From a virus: a DNA stretch of 64,000 bases. The translations under genes and the position numbers were made by a program. This document shows positions 28,688 through 38,981 of this stretch, piece after piece. The notes beneath the pieces were generated by a model. The model had not been told where the DNA came from. It made no database searches and was given only the letters and a program-made list of their open reading frames with translations. The stretch spans positions 1-64,000 of the IMG/VR virus record IMGVR_UViG_3300048583_000100; one strand, given 5' to 3'. The stretch's first letter is position 1. Each line of letters begins with the position of its first letter.

Positions 28688-28717
28688 CAAAATAAAGGCC
28701 ACCGAAGCAGCCTTTAA
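28688..28717 (-). terminator. terminator with UUCG loop
   Basis: - strand AAAGGCTGC-TTCG-GTGGCCTTT-ATTTT. Confidence 0.6.
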
Positions 28718-28718
28718 T

Positions 28719-28934
28719 CTATTTGAGAAGTGCGATGATTAAAAGTGGAACAGATATCGCCGCCCATATGAGTAGTCCGATGCAGGCCCTTCGCAGTTTC
28801 AAGATCGCCGTGATCGTAGGCAGTGCAAAATTCTCAAGCGCAACCAAACGCTCGTCAATGGGGTCGATGACCTCATCTTCAAACTGTTCGAATTCTTCCC
28901 TTGAGACTACTTCCTGATTGAGAAGCTTCATCAA
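28719..28934 (-). CDS. small membrane protein
   Basis: C-terminal transmembrane helix. Confidence 0.6.
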   Translation of the reverse strand: MMKLLNQEVVSREEFEQFEDEVIDPIDERLVALENFALPTITAILKLRRACIGLLIWAAISVPLLIIALLK

Positions 28935-29128
28935 AGATTCTCGTCTAGTTCGTCGTCAAGAAGCTGCTCTTCCATTTCGAGCAGGTAACGTTTGAAGCTG
29001 ATACGCGAGTGGCGCTTCGCATCGACATCCTCAGAGTAGCCCTTGCGATGGTGCTTTCTCTTATCGATGGTGCGTGGCTTATGGTGCGCGGTTTCGACTT
29101 CAACTTCGAATTCTGGAATCTTGGACAT
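28931..29128 (-). CDS. small charged late protein
   Basis: SD GGAG; ATAAATA at 29156-29162. Confidence 0.6.
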   Translation of the reverse strand: MSKIPEFEVEVETAHHKPRTIDKRKHHRKGYSEDVDAKRHSRISFKRYLLEMEEQLLDDELDENL

Positions 29129-29172
29129 TGCTCCAATCCTCTATCTTGACAAACGTATTTATGAGTGGCAGG

Positions 29173-30306
29173 TTAGCCAACGGTACCTTTCATGACTGTA
29201 AGCTGAATCTGCGTGGGTTTGGCAGAACCTTTTCCTCGTGGGTTTCGGGCTTCAAGCTTAAACTTCATGAAGTCTGATTGCAGGTAAATGTTGATCTGCT
29301 TTCTATTCTTTGAAGGATAGCGAATTTCAGTTACTCTCAACCCGCCAAGAATGACATTGTCGACATACTGTCTGTCAATCTTGATGGCATAGAAGCCACC
29401 TCTCTTCTCGCGCAGGTAATAGTAGTTGGCGCCCCACATCTGCTGCATGATTCTGAAAATAGGGTGATCGTTATCAACAGAGACGCTCCGCGTTTCAATG
29501 TCATTCCATTCCACTTCAGTTTGATCTTTGGCAGCTCGTAGACCCTCTTCAATCTTTTCTGGGCTTAGACCAAATGGTTCAAGCCACGTGCGCCACTCAT
29601 TAGAGCGAGTGTTGACAGAGAGGTCGTCGTTGAACGCTTTCGAGATACCGAACTGTGCGACAGTTCCACCCAATGCATTCTTAACCGACACGTACTTCTT
29701 ACCGCCGACCTTAAGGTGAACCACAATGTCTGCGATGATCTCGCCGGTCTCTTCAGGAGTCAGATTGCCGCTACGCTGAGTCGATCCGCTGCGAGGTGAG
29801 ACTGATACGATGTTGTCGAGCTCGAATAGAGGATCGACTTCTTCTAGAGCCGAGAAAGCAGCTCGAGCCTGATCACCGTCTTCTGCTCCCGACCCAGTAG
29901 CAACGAGGTTGTCCATCTTCAGCAGAAGTTCTTTCTCAAAGCTCTCGCCAGAGTTACCACCAAGAGCGGCAACTACGTCATAGTCGATACCATTGACAGT
30001 GAACGACACAGACGAGTACTTGCCGGAGTTAACAGAGCGATCGTTGATCTGAACATTTGAGATGCCGAGATGCCCACTCTTTGCATTGCGAAGATACTTT
30101 TCAATCTGCAAGAGTAGATCGGCAAGAGGAATGGAACCCTTCACAGTAGGCTTGACACGAATTTGGTAGAACGCCGTTGATCCGTAATTCTGACCGCGAT
30201 TGTTTCTCATCTCGTCAACTGGCAGCCCTGCAAGAATATGCTGGACGAGTGTATCTGCGGTCTGAAGAACTTCTTTTCCAGCTCGCTCGTTTAGTTGTGA
30301 CTTCAC
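29173..30306 (-). CDS. putative PD-(D/E)xK nuclease-like head protein
   Basis: GESFEKEL..IADIV..YVSVK; N-term MKSQLNE. Confidence 0.55.
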   Translation of the reverse strand: MKSQLNERAGKEVLQTADTLVQHILAGLPVDEMRNNRGQNYGSTAFYQIRVKPTVKGSIPLADLLLQIEKYLRNAKSGHLGISNVQINDRSVNSGKYSSVSFTVNGIDYDVVAALGGNSGESFEKELLLKMDNLVATGSGAEDGDQARAAFSALEEVDPLFELDNIVSVSPRSGSTQRSGNLTPEETGEIIADIVVHLKVGGKKYVSVKNALGGTVAQFGISKAFNDDLSVNTRSNEWRTWLEPFGLSPEKIEEGLRAAKDQTEVEWNDIETRSVSVDNDHPIFRIMQQMWGANYYYLREKRGGFYAIKIDRQYVDNVILGGLRVTEIRYPSKNRKQINIYLQSDFMKFKLEARNPRGKGSAKPTQIQLTVMKGTVG

Positions 30307-31982
30307 TTCAGGTTTCCTAGAGCTTCATGCATGCTGTTTAGTTCCTTCAGCATGTCAAAATTGCGGTAAGCTTTGCGCATAAGAGTGATCATCAGCTTGA
30401 TAGCTTCGAGTCTATTTTCTGGCTTAGATACATTGAGACGCTTGAAGAATGCGTCTAGCGTGGCATTGATGACAGGCTCTTGCTTAGCTGCACCAAGAGT
30501 CGACAGACGTCCCTTGGGCAACTCAACGCCAAGAATAGTAGCAAGCTGTTCAAACGAGCGTGCAGTTTCCTTATCGTCTATCTTACCACGAGTCAAAAGA
30601 TCGCGTTCGATAAAGCGAAGGTCAACCGGATTGATCGTCGTACGGTAGTCTTCTCCGCTCATCTCATGCTTAGCAACCGTACCAACGGAGTTGTCCTTGG
30701 TAATGAACTTGGAATGCTTGTGAGTCTGGCGGAAACGCTTGACGATTTTGCTGAGAGTAGAAATCTTCTGACGAGCTTCAGGCTTACCGACATACCCTTC
30801 AGCAGATAGATCGGTCTCACCGAGGTCGTGCATTGTCTCTTTGTAAAGCTTGGACATCTGATCAAACGATGCGCCGACTTGCTTTGACAGACCATCGCTC
30901 ACAAGCTTCTTGAAGAGTTCTTCTTTCTTCATGAGCGCAACGGCTGAATGAGACCAGTGATTGCCAGCAGATTCCATGTCAACATACGGCACTGTAATGC
31001 TTTCGAGCTGATCAACGATCTTCGAAATTGCATCTTCACCCTTGGTGCTAGCTGCAGCAGTGGGATCGACTTCGCCTTGAGTGTTGTACTTCTTAGAGAT
31101 GCGACAAGTGTACGTGCCAGGCTTCAAAATCATCTCAGCTTCGTCACCGTGGTTCTGTCCCGAAGCGGTCCGGTACTTACGCACGTCTAGCAGAATGTCT
31201 TCAGGGTCAGCAAGAGTAGAGATGATGAAGCCTAGAGCTCCGTCAATTGCTTTGCCAGAACGCTGACGATCGAACCACTGCATCATGGCTCCAGTATGGG
31301 ACGATGCTGGACCGAATTTAGCAAACTGTTCTGCGACAGACTTTTCGGTGGTCCAAGAAGAATATCGATCCCATTCGAGATCAACGATTCGAGTGCCTTC
31401 GCGAATAGCTTCGAGGAACTTCAGACCATTACCCTTCTCAAGAGTACCGTCATAACGTTCACGCTCCTCTAGAGAGCTCTCGGAGAACAACAGACCGCGA
31501 TAGAGAAGAGTCGGCTTGCTTGGGCGAATCCCATCAACCGAACCGATTTCTCTAGCTACCCATCCCTTGAGGTCATGGCGATAGCCGTTCGTGTTTACGA
31601 AGTCGTCAATATCTTTGCGAGCATCACGCGAGAGGGTACCTTTGGATACACTCGTATGTTCCTTGAACAGGTTGCTGACGAAGTCTTTTAGCTTGTCGAA
31701 TTCGCGAGCAGTCAGATCTGGCCCACGAAGCTTACGAAGCCCCGAGAGCGTAGCCAGATCGATGTCTTTGACGTAGTCACGTGTCTTGACGAAAGCTTTT
31801 ACGCTCTCGTTGTTGAGGAGCCAGTATTTGACAGTAGCCAGAAAAGCTTCTGGATCTGTAACGTCCGCAAGAGTTGAAGCCTGTTTGAATAGGGGATCAA
31901 TTCGCTTATCCTTCTTCATTGACTTCTTTAGGTCAACGAGATTGAGTGTGCTTGCTTCTTGAAGTAGACGGATAAGCTGCAT
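30303..31982 (-). CDS. ADP-ribosyltransferase (R-S-E class, Alt-like), putatively packaged
   Basis: LLYRGL, YSSWTT, DEAEMIL; MQLIRLLQE-A; late motif 32017-32023. Confidence 0.7.
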   Translation of the reverse strand: MQLIRLLQEASTLNLVDLKKSMKKDKRIDPLFKQASTLADVTDPEAFLATVKYWLLNNESVKAFVKTRDYVKDIDLATLSGLRKLRGPDLTAREFDKLKDFVSNLFKEHTSVSKGTLSRDARKDIDDFVNTNGYRHDLKGWVAREIGSVDGIRPSKPTLLYRGLLFSESSLEERERYDGTLEKGNGLKFLEAIREGTRIVDLEWDRYSSWTTEKSVAEQFAKFGPASSHTGAMMQWFDRQRSGKAIDGALGFIISTLADPEDILLDVRKYRTASGQNHGDEAEMILKPGTYTCRISKKYNTQGEVDPTAAASTKGEDAISKIVDQLESITVPYVDMESAGNHWSHSAVALMKKEELFKKLVSDGLSKQVGASFDQMSKLYKETMHDLGETDLSAEGYVGKPEARQKISTLSKIVKRFRQTHKHSKFITKDNSVGTVAKHEMSGEDYRTTINPVDLRFIERDLLTRGKIDDKETARSFEQLATILGVELPKGRLSTLGAAKQEPVINATLDAFFKRLNVSKPENRLEAIKLMITLMRKAYRNFDMLKELNSMHEALGNLK

Positions 31983-32039
31983 TTTGGGAGCTCTTACAGT
32001 AGGGCTTGAGATGCTCTATTTATCGCCCGTCGTACCAGC

Positions 32040-32492
32040 TTACTCGTAAATCCAGAGGGTTCGGGCTACGTCGGGATATGGTTCGAATGCCGTGTCGATG
32101 ATCTCGGAGATGACTGCCCAATTACCGCCACCTAGTCCTGCACCGATCATTGGATAATGCACCTCGATATCTAGCTGGCTAGCTGCTTCGGCGATCGCAA
32201 TGAACGTCTGCTGAATTGCGGGGTAGCTGACGTACTTGACTTTGTCGCGACCATAATGCCACTGCGTGATTGCATTGGCGATTACCAGAGTGTCCGTGAT
32301 CTCCGAAAGAACAACCTGACCTAGCTCAAGTCCGCCCTGAGTGTATGCGTCTGCATAATCGGCGAAGGCTTTGGGATACTTGGCTCTAACCGCTTTAGCA
32401 AGACCACTACCCATTACGCCCTGGGCATTGCACCCATGGACGATGATTCCATTTGTTGCATCGAGGACGTCCCCGAATTTAATCCGCTTCAT
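32040..32492 (-). CDS. macrodomain ADP-ribose hydrolase
   Basis: GDVLDA, HGCNAQGVMGSGLA, PMIGAGLGGG. Confidence 0.9.
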   Translation of the reverse strand: MKRIKFGDVLDATNGIIVHGCNAQGVMGSGLAKAVRAKYPKAFADYADAYTQGGLELGQVVLSEITDTLVIANAITQWHYGRDKVKYVSYPAIQQTFIAIAEAASQLDIEVHYPMIGAGLGGGNWAVISEIIDTAFEPYPDVARTLWIYE

Positions 32493-32896
32493 AAAGTTCT
32501 ACCGCTGAGGAAGCAGCCAGCTTCACCTTCTCAAAAGTGGAACGAGCTGAGATGTTGCAAATTAGGATTTCGAGAATTTGCTTCCCGAGTTCTGAAGGAA
32601 GAGCCATCTCTTCATTGAGAACGAATCGAATGAGCTGCTCGATAAGAGGTTCATCTGTGAGCGAGATGGTGCCGAAGGGAACAATCCCAGCGGCATGGCG
32701 CTCTCTTAGAGTCTTAACGGACTGCTTGGCAGAAAAAGTTGCTGTCTCCGGGCAGATGTACACCCAAAAATCGTAAGTCTTCTCTGCGCGCGGATGAAGT
32801 AGGAATGAAACTCCGCCCATCGGGTTAGGGATGAGCGTAGAGTTCCTGCGGTCAAACCAAGTAGAACGCAGGTGTCTGAAGATTTCAGTCTCCACC
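32479..32896 (-). CDS. hypothetical protein (start uncertain)
   Basis: Frame open; likely GTG start near the upstream stop. Confidence 0.5.
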
Positions 32897-33463
32897 GCCA
32901 CCGCCTCCACCACTGTCCGAAGATGAGCAGCTTGAAGAGCTATCGGAGTACGATGAGCTATACGACGAAGAACAGCTGCTAGCAGCCCAGTCAGTTGGGA
33001 CGTATGGAGGATAGACCGGCAGGATAGGCGTGACAGGCGTATCCACTGAGCGGGTGCCATAGCGATCGAAGCTTGGCGTTTCATCGCGCGGCAGCGGTCG
33101 TGCTGCAATCTTGGGAGCCGTCTGCGCTTCAATGACATTCTGAAGCTCAGTCATTGGATCGTAGCAGAGTGATTCGACCGCCACGAAGTAGTTGAGATTC
33201 TTCTTGACGTCTAGCAGATCAGCATCGTTCACGAAGAGCTCAGTGATCTTGGATACCGTACCAACCCAGATGATTCGTACGTCCTGAACGACGATGAGTC
33301 CGCCTTCCGGCGTAACGAGCATTGTCAATTCACCCGCATTGAACTCTTCGGTCAAGTCTTGATTCAACAGAAGAGCCCATTCAACGAGCTTCTTTGGGAT
33401 GGTACCGATCATCATCTTCGAGAATGAATCAGTGACCTCGTACAGCGGCGGCTTAATTTTCAT
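32885..33463 (-). CDS. hypothetical protein with Ser/Gly low-complexity tail
   Basis: SSCSSSYSSS..GGGGGGGD. Confidence 0.65.
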   Translation of the reverse strand: MKIKPPLYEVTDSFSKMMIGTIPKKLVEWALLLNQDLTEEFNAGELTMLVTPEGGLIVVQDVRIIWVGTVSKITELFVNDADLLDVKKNLNYFVAVESLCYDPMTELQNVIEAQTAPKIAARPLPRDETPSFDRYGTRSVDTPVTPILPVYPPYVPTDWAASSCSSSYSSSYSDSSSSCSSSDSGGGGGGGD

Positions 33464-33471
33464 GTTTGTCC

Positions 33472-34446
33472 TTAGACTGCCATTGGGGCTTTGATTGCCG
33501 GGTGAGAGTGATAGCCGACGATCTCGATATCAGCCATCGTGAATGAATCAATGTTGGTGATATCGGGGTTTAGACGAATGTCTGGAAGCGGGAATGGTTC
33601 ACGCGTCAATTGCTCATTCACCTGATCGAAATGGTTCTTGTAGATGTGCGCATCACCAATCGTGATGATGAGCTCGCCTACTTCGTAGCCAGTTACCTGG
33701 GCTAGCATGTGAGTGAGAAGCGCGTAAGACGCAATGTTAAACGGCAGACCGAGGAACAGATCGTTCGAGCGAATGTAGACTTGGCAGCTTAGTTCATTGT
33801 GCTTCTGGTTAACGAAGAACTGACAGAACATGTGGCATGGCGGCAACGCCATCTGATCAATTTCGCCGACGTTGTAAGCAGTCAACAGCATTCTGCGATC
33901 GGTGGGATTGGTCTTGAGCGACTTGACGATATTGGCAAGCTGGTCTGTCGTAGAGACACCAACCTTGGCATCGAAGAGCGTCATGCCCTGTCCTTCGCCA
34001 TGACTGACCGCATCCTTCACGCTCTTGATGGTGTGCGTACGCCAGTGTCTCCACTGAACGCCGTAGACTCGTCCAAGATCGCCTTCGAATTTGGCCTTCG
34101 GCTTCCAGTACGGAGCCTCTGCGTTTGCAGTCCAGATGGTGGTGCGAGAGGGGTCTCGAGTGCCGTACGTAATCTCGGCGAGACGACGTTCATCTCCACT
34201 ACCTTCTACGAACCAGAGCAATTCGCCAGCGATGGGCGTGAAGAACGTTTTCTTCGTAGTGAGAAGAGGAAACCCGTCCTTAAGATGATGGCGAAGCTGA
34301 CGACCAAAGAGAGCTACCGTACCTACGCCAGTGCGATCAACTCGTTCGTCGCCGTCGGTCATGACGTCTTTCATTAGCTCAAGATACTGTACGTCGATAT
34401 TTCCTGCGTCCATGTTTGCTCTTCGTGATGTGATGGGGAGATTCAT
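33472..34446 (-). CDS. thyA: thymidylate synthase
   Basis: DRTGVGT, PLLTTK, YGVQWR, LPPCH, RSNDLFLGLPFN, HIYKNH. Confidence 0.97.
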   Translation of the reverse strand: MNLPITSRRANMDAGNIDVQYLELMKDVMTDGDERVDRTGVGTVALFGRQLRHHLKDGFPLLTTKKTFFTPIAGELLWFVEGSGDERRLAEITYGTRDPSRTTIWTANAEAPYWKPKAKFEGDLGRVYGVQWRHWRTHTIKSVKDAVSHGEGQGMTLFDAKVGVSTTDQLANIVKSLKTNPTDRRMLLTAYNVGEIDQMALPPCHMFCQFFVNQKHNELSCQVYIRSNDLFLGLPFNIASYALLTHMLAQVTGYEVGELIITIGDAHIYKNHFDQVNEQLTREPFPLPDIRLNPDITNIDSFTMADIEIVGYHSHPAIKAPMAV

Positions 34447-34466
34447 GTGATGAATCTTACCGGTAT

Positions 34467-35018
34467 TTATTCGAGCTCGTTGTTCAGAAGTTTGGCACTT
34501 CGTAGCTCTTTCAGGATGGCCGTTACTGCTTCGACGGTTGACGTAAGATGAAAGTTGGGTTCATGACCTGATCCCGTATCACGATTTCCAGCAACGTTCA
34601 AGACCTCTACGCAGTTGTCTTTGATGAATGCGACTGCAACTTCAACCTCTCGTTCGATGTCCTTAACAGGAAGACGAATGAGATGAACCGGCTTTGAGTG
34701 CTTTCTGCACAGCCGAATTGTCAGTGCAGTACCACCCGAGTTTGGGTTCGATGCTAGCACGAGCGTAGCATCCGAATCGCAGATGTTCTTCTCAGTGCGA
34801 GGTGGATACATCGGGCTGAAATGTTCTACCAATCCGAATGTCGCGAGTTCTGGCGCTGGACCATACCAAGTCCTCCATCCCTTAGGAGCAGTTCCGCCGG
34901 TGGGGATGCCGCACGCTTTTGCTGCTTCCAGACCACCTCGATCAACGCCGCACTGACCACCGCTTATTACCTTGCGAAGGCCTGGGTAATCCATGATGAG
35001 GAAGTTAGGTGGCGTCAT
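34467..35018 (-). CDS. SLOG-fold (MoCo-carrier/YpsA-like) nucleotide-binding protein
   Basis: ISGGQCGVDRGGL, RTEKNICDSDATL, LNVAGNR. Confidence 0.8.
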   Translation of the reverse strand: MTPPNFLIMDYPGLRKVISGGQCGVDRGGLEAAKACGIPTGGTAPKGWRTWYGPAPELATFGLVEHFSPMYPPRTEKNICDSDATLVLASNPNSGGTALTIRLCRKHSKPVHLIRLPVKDIEREVEVAVAFIKDNCVEVLNVAGNRDTGSGHEPNFHLTSTVEAVTAILKELRSAKLLNNELE

Positions 35019-36006
35019 TCTCGGGTTCTGCTTCTGAGTCGGGCTTTGCAAAGTCTTCGGGTTTCAGAGTGATGCCAAATGCGGCAGTTAGCTCCTTAAT
35101 CAGAACAGTCAGCAGCATCTGTGCATCTTTGGCTGGCAGGTGCTCTGCCCAGTTTTTGTGAACAGCTTCTTGGAAATCCAGGATGCTCTTGAGATCGTAT
35201 TCGGCGATGCGCTTGATCTCGGGGATGACCCGAAGCAAGCAGTGACCGCGCATAAAGCGCGTTGCATCTTTCCAGTATCCCTTATCCTTGACCTTGAGCA
35301 GCGTATTCGCTTTAGTGCCGGGCGGGATGTAGACCTTGACAGTCGTTCCATCGACCATCTGCGCTTCGGCATACCCGCCGGTAATCAAAAGGAAAGGAGA
35401 CACGTTAAACTGCATCGTAAGATTGCCGATGTCAGACGGAGTAGTCTTGCCCCAATCGACCACCATTCCCTCTGGCGCCACGATCCGAACGTGAATCATG
35501 TACGTGAAGCCGTTCTCTTTGATGATCTCAACGACTTGATTGTCGAGAGCCCCCGAAGGTACCTTTACATTGCGAACACCGAGCCCGTCAATGTTGATCT
35601 TCTTACGGATACCACCAAAGGCTTCGTCGATCGCACAGTTAAACTGGACGACTCGAGGCTGCGGAGTTTCGTAGGATTTGTAATACGCGTTCTCTTTGTC
35701 TTTCTTGGCCTTAGCTTCGGCTCGTGCCCAAGCATCGTCCCCATACCCGCTTTTGAAGGCGTTCTTAAAGACGTCATTGAACGCATCTTCAAAGCCACCG
35801 TAGCTGGAGCCGGTTCGGGCGTATGGACTGACTTTCTCTGGCGACTGAAGAGTTTCATATGCTTCGCCGACTCGCTTGAAGTCTTCTTCCTTGCCGCCTC
35901 TGTCGGGGTGAGTCTGCATTGCCTTGCGACGATAAGCAGCCTTGATGGCGTCCTTATCTGCTCCGGCTTCGAGGCCTAGAATCCTACGTGCTTCAGCGTG
36001 ATTCAT
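35005..36006 (-). CDS. DnaJ-family co-chaperone (no Zn finger)
   Basis: J-domain with HPD; C-terminal VKVPSG and IPPGT..KGY repeats. Confidence 0.85.
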   Translation of the reverse strand: MNHAEARRILGLEAGADKDAIKAAYRRKAMQTHPDRGGKEEDFKRVGEAYETLQSPEKVSPYARTGSSYGGFEDAFNDVFKNAFKSGYGDDAWARAEAKAKKDKENAYYKSYETPQPRVVQFNCAIDEAFGGIRKKINIDGLGVRNVKVPSGALDNQVVEIIKENGFTYMIHVRIVAPEGMVVDWGKTTPSDIGNLTMQFNVSPFLLITGGYAEAQMVDGTTVKVYIPPGTKANTLLKVKDKGYWKDATRFMRGHCLLRVIPEIKRIAEYDLKSILDFQEAVHKNWAEHLPAKDAQMLLTVLIKELTAAFGITLKPEDFAKPDSEAEPENDAT

Positions 36007-36007
36007 T

Positions 36008-36508
36008 TCAGTTGATCAGTGAGTAGGTGTTTAGGAAGAGAGCACGACGGACAATCCACTGGTCGCTGTGATCGTCGATCTGGCGGCAGATGTAGTCGCC
36101 GAGGTCGCCATGTTGTATGCACTTGCCGAGACCAACGTCTTCGCCCCAACGAGCATAGATGGCAATGGAGTCACCGAATGGAACGCTGAAGAGCTCAGAC
36201 GAAATCTCAAGGCTCTCAACAGAATTCTCCTGCTTCGGGAAGCAGATCATCCAGCCATCCGGATCAAAGCCAATCACGTCGTACTTATTCAGTAGACGTG
36301 CTGGCGTCTGTGGCCACACGTCGTCAGCTTCACCAATGCAGAACATCATGTCAGGAGACACGGCTTCTCGAGCCTCGAGAGTATCAAGCAGGAACTTGTG
36401 CATGACGGTCTGATCTGCGAAAATGCTGCTCATTGGCTTGGCGCGAATAGGCTTGATCTTCTTGGCAAGCTTCCACGGGCCAAGCGTTTCGGTGTTGACC
36501 ATGATCAT
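36008..36508 (-). CDS. PGDYG-like hypothetical protein
   Basis: TLEA..CIGEADDVWP and GDLGDYI..QWIV..FLNTY. Confidence 0.55.
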   Translation of the reverse strand: MIMVNTETLGPWKLAKKIKPIRAKPMSSIFADQTVMHKFLLDTLEAREAVSPDMMFCIGEADDVWPQTPARLLNKYDVIGFDPDGWMICFPKQENSVESLEISSELFSVPFGDSIAIYARWGEDVGLGKCIQHGDLGDYICRQIDDHSDQWIVRRALFLNTYSLIN

Positions 36509-37044
36509 CGCGACTTCTCCCGGAGGCGTTCGATCTGAAGATCACGTAGCAGCTTCTGCGCATCTGTCATGCCAGCAGTTTCGAGCTTTTCCTGCTTGAG
36601 CTTGTCGATCAGTTCCCTAACAGTCATGTTCTCTTCGAGCGCGAACTTCTCGATCTGCTTAGCGATAGACTCCAGGAACGACGCGATGACGAGTGTCACA
36701 ACGATCTGCACGAGATAAAGTGCGAGCGTTACGAATGCTCCCCAGTAGGCGAGCGCACTGATAATGCCGAGCCATGTGGTATAGATGAAGGCCTTTCTCC
36801 AGAACGGCTGCGTCTTGTAGCGATAGATTGCTTCAATTATCCCGATGTCTGATGTCAGATCACCGCTGCCCTTCTTTGCAATCACCAAGGCAACCACAAC
36901 CATGGCGAGACCTACGACAACGGTAATGAAGACGCTGAGCGCACCGATGAAGAACAGAAAAGCTGTGTGCTGCGTCAGATAGTAGCCGAGAGTCAGCCCA
37001 GGAAACAGAACATAGCCGAGTACATTTTGCCAAAGCTTGCTCAT
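36505..37044 (-). CDS. membrane protein
   Basis: About four hydrophobic helices. Confidence 0.65.
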   Translation of the reverse strand: MSKLWQNVLGYVLFPGLTLGYYLTQHTAFLFFIGALSVFITVVVGLAMVVVALVIAKKGSGDLTSDIGIIEAIYRYKTQPFWRKAFIYTTWLGIISALAYWGAFVTLALYLVQIVVTLVIASFLESIAKQIEKFALEENMTVRELIDKLKQEKLETAGMTDAQKLLRDLQIERLREKSR

Positions 37045-37340
37045 CGCTCGTCATCCTTTAGAGAAGTTGCCATCCAAGAGAATCCATGGCCGAACGTAAG
37101 GCCAAAGATAGTTACCGAGCTTACCGTATGCCAGTCATACTCGGTGCAGCAGTAATCGAAAAGCTTTTTCGTGCGGCCAACCGCAATGAACGCGAACCAT
37201 TCATCAACGGATTCCCATGGGGCATTGTCGAAATGCTCATTCTCGTATGCGCAGTACTTGGTCTTATAGGTGAAGTACACCCCACGATTGTACGTGTAGA
37301 GCCGCTTAGGCCTGTCGAGTTTTACGGGGGTGAAATTCAT
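37041..37340 (-). CDS. hypothetical protein
   Basis: Operon-packed ORF. Confidence 0.55.
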   Translation of the reverse strand: MNFTPVKLDRPKRLYTYNRGVYFTYKTKYCAYENEHFDNAPWESVDEWFAFIAVGRTKKLFDYCCTEYDWHTVSSVTIFGLTFGHGFSWMATSLKDDER

Positions 37341-37341
37341 G

Positions 37342-37527
37342 TTAGTCCTGGTAGAGCTTCAGTGCTGAGAAGGTGCCGAATGGTGGCTTGAATTTGTAAA
37401 GCTTATCGAATGCGACATCTGCATGAGCTCGCGTTTTAAACTCCAGGGTCTTCATTGTCGCCGCCCGGCCACCACCATCTTCATTGGCGTAGCCACCAAA
37501 GGTAAGCACTATCAGAATCTGGTACAT
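37342..37527 (-). CDS. hypothetical protein
   Basis: SD GGAG. Confidence 0.55.
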   Translation of the reverse strand: MYQILIVLTFGGYANEDGGGRAATMKTLEFKTRAHADVAFDKLYKFKPPFGTFSALKLYQD

Positions 37528-37547
37528 GCGTGTTCTCCGAACTTGGG

Positions 37548-38942
37548 TTAGGCGGTGAAGGTGAAGGCCTTCAGCTCACGGCGGTACATCTCATTCGCAG
37601 TGTCAGCCTTGAGGACAGCAAGCGCCTTCTTGTCCTCGGCGATCTCGGCCTTGAGCTCTTCGATCTTGTCCTTGGTCAGATTCCAAATCGGCATCTGCAG
37701 CAGGCGGTCGTAGTCGACGAAGTCGTTCTTGAGAAGCAGAGTGACGAGGTCGTCCTTCTTCTTGTTCTTGAACGCATCGACATTGGCCAGATAGAACAGG
37801 ATGAAGCGAAGCTTCTCACTCAGCCAGCGGATGCGTTCACTGACATCTGCGATCATCTTCTGACGGCGATCTTCGTAGCGAGCCAGACGCCAGGCGGTGA
37901 ATCGTTCGATGACAGCTTCGGCCGACGTAAAGCGCTTGATGATGCCGTCGGTATCCCAGAGCGTGAAGTTCTCGGTATCGCGCGAGATGAGCTTAAACTT
38001 CTTGTAGAGCTCGTCAGTGTCAAGAGCCGAAGTCGAGCGAGGCACCTTGACGATGAACTCAAAGCTGTGCTCCGTCGGGTTGCCTTCGTAATCGGAGATG
38101 ACGCCGGCGTCCTCGAGCTTATTGAGCGTCTTCTTGTAGTCGTCGAGATACGTACCGATAGGGAACTCGGTGATCTTGATGGTGGTCGAGTTAACAACCT
38201 CGAGCTTGCCAGTGATGACAACCTGTCCAGTCTCAGCATTGCGCTCAATGGTACCGGCGAAGTTGTTGTACCAGGGAATCAGCGCGCCTTCCTTGAGCTT
38301 CTTGCCATCGAGGACCTTGATGATCGTGTCGCGAATCTGAGTAGGATGATAGGCCATGATGTTGCAAGCGTGGCCCGTACCGGTACCCTGAGCGCCATTG
38401 ATGAGCATCAGCGGGAGGATCGGCATGTAGGTGCGAGGCTCGATCTTGTCGCCATCGTTTTCCAGATGATCGAGGATGTCGTCATCAGCCTTCGGGAAGA
38501 GGGCTCGGAAATACGGAGAGAGCTTCGTCTCGATGTATCGAGCAGCAGCGGGGTCGGCCGACAGACGAGAACCGAACTGACCTTCCGGCAGGAAGACGTT
38601 CATGTTGTTGGAGCCTGCGTAGTTGTTCGCAAGACCAACAATGGTCGACTGCATGGAGCCGATACCGTGGTGGTAGTCGGTCTCAGATGCGACGAAAGCT
38701 GCGAGACGTTCGACAGAGAGAAGGCCACCATTTTCACCGCGACGAAGCGTGCCACAGATTGCCTTACGCTGTGAAGGCTTGAGGCCGTCAGTCAGCAGAG
38801 GAATCGAGCGGACGTTGTCGTAAAGGGAGAATTCCTTGAACGCCGAGCCGATGAAATGGCGGGTTCGAATGACACGAATGGATTTGGAAGCCGTCTTCGT
38901 AGGAGTCATCTTGGGTTCTGCTTTCTTGATAATGCGAGACAT
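37548..38942 (-). CDS. type II topoisomerase DNA-cleavage subunit (T4 gp52-like)
   Basis: DGLKPSQRK, YHHG, GQFGSR, AAARYI (catalytic Tyr). Confidence 0.96.
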   Translation of the reverse strand: MSRIIKKAEPKMTPTKTASKSIRVIRTRHFIGSAFKEFSLYDNVRSIPLLTDGLKPSQRKAICGTLRRGENGGLLSVERLAAFVASETDYHHGIGSMQSTIVGLANNYAGSNNMNVFLPEGQFGSRLSADPAAARYIETKLSPYFRALFPKADDDILDHLENDGDKIEPRTYMPILPLMLINGAQGTGTGHACNIMAYHPTQIRDTIIKVLDGKKLKEGALIPWYNNFAGTIERNAETGQVVITGKLEVVNSTTIKITEFPIGTYLDDYKKTLNKLEDAGVISDYEGNPTEHSFEFIVKVPRSTSALDTDELYKKFKLISRDTENFTLWDTDGIIKRFTSAEAVIERFTAWRLARYEDRRQKMIADVSERIRWLSEKLRFILFYLANVDAFKNKKKDDLVTLLLKNDFVDYDRLLQMPIWNLTKDKIEELKAEIAEDKKALAVLKADTANEMYRRELKAFTFTA

Positions 38943-38947
38943 GTAGT

Positions 38948-38977
38948 ATTGTATCCTGTTTTTGATTGGACGTAAAC
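38948..38977 (-). promoter_or_regulatory. early-type promoter GTTTAC-N18-TACAAT, leaderless geometry
   Basis: -10 box 5 nt before ATG 38942, no SD. Confidence 0.7.
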
Positions 38978-38981
38978 TGAA

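Noticed and set aside
33472-34446. ThyA homolog as a dCMP hydroxymethylase for DNA hypermodification
   Set aside because: It keeps the dUMP-specifying Asn (GLPFN) and canonical ThyA motifs.
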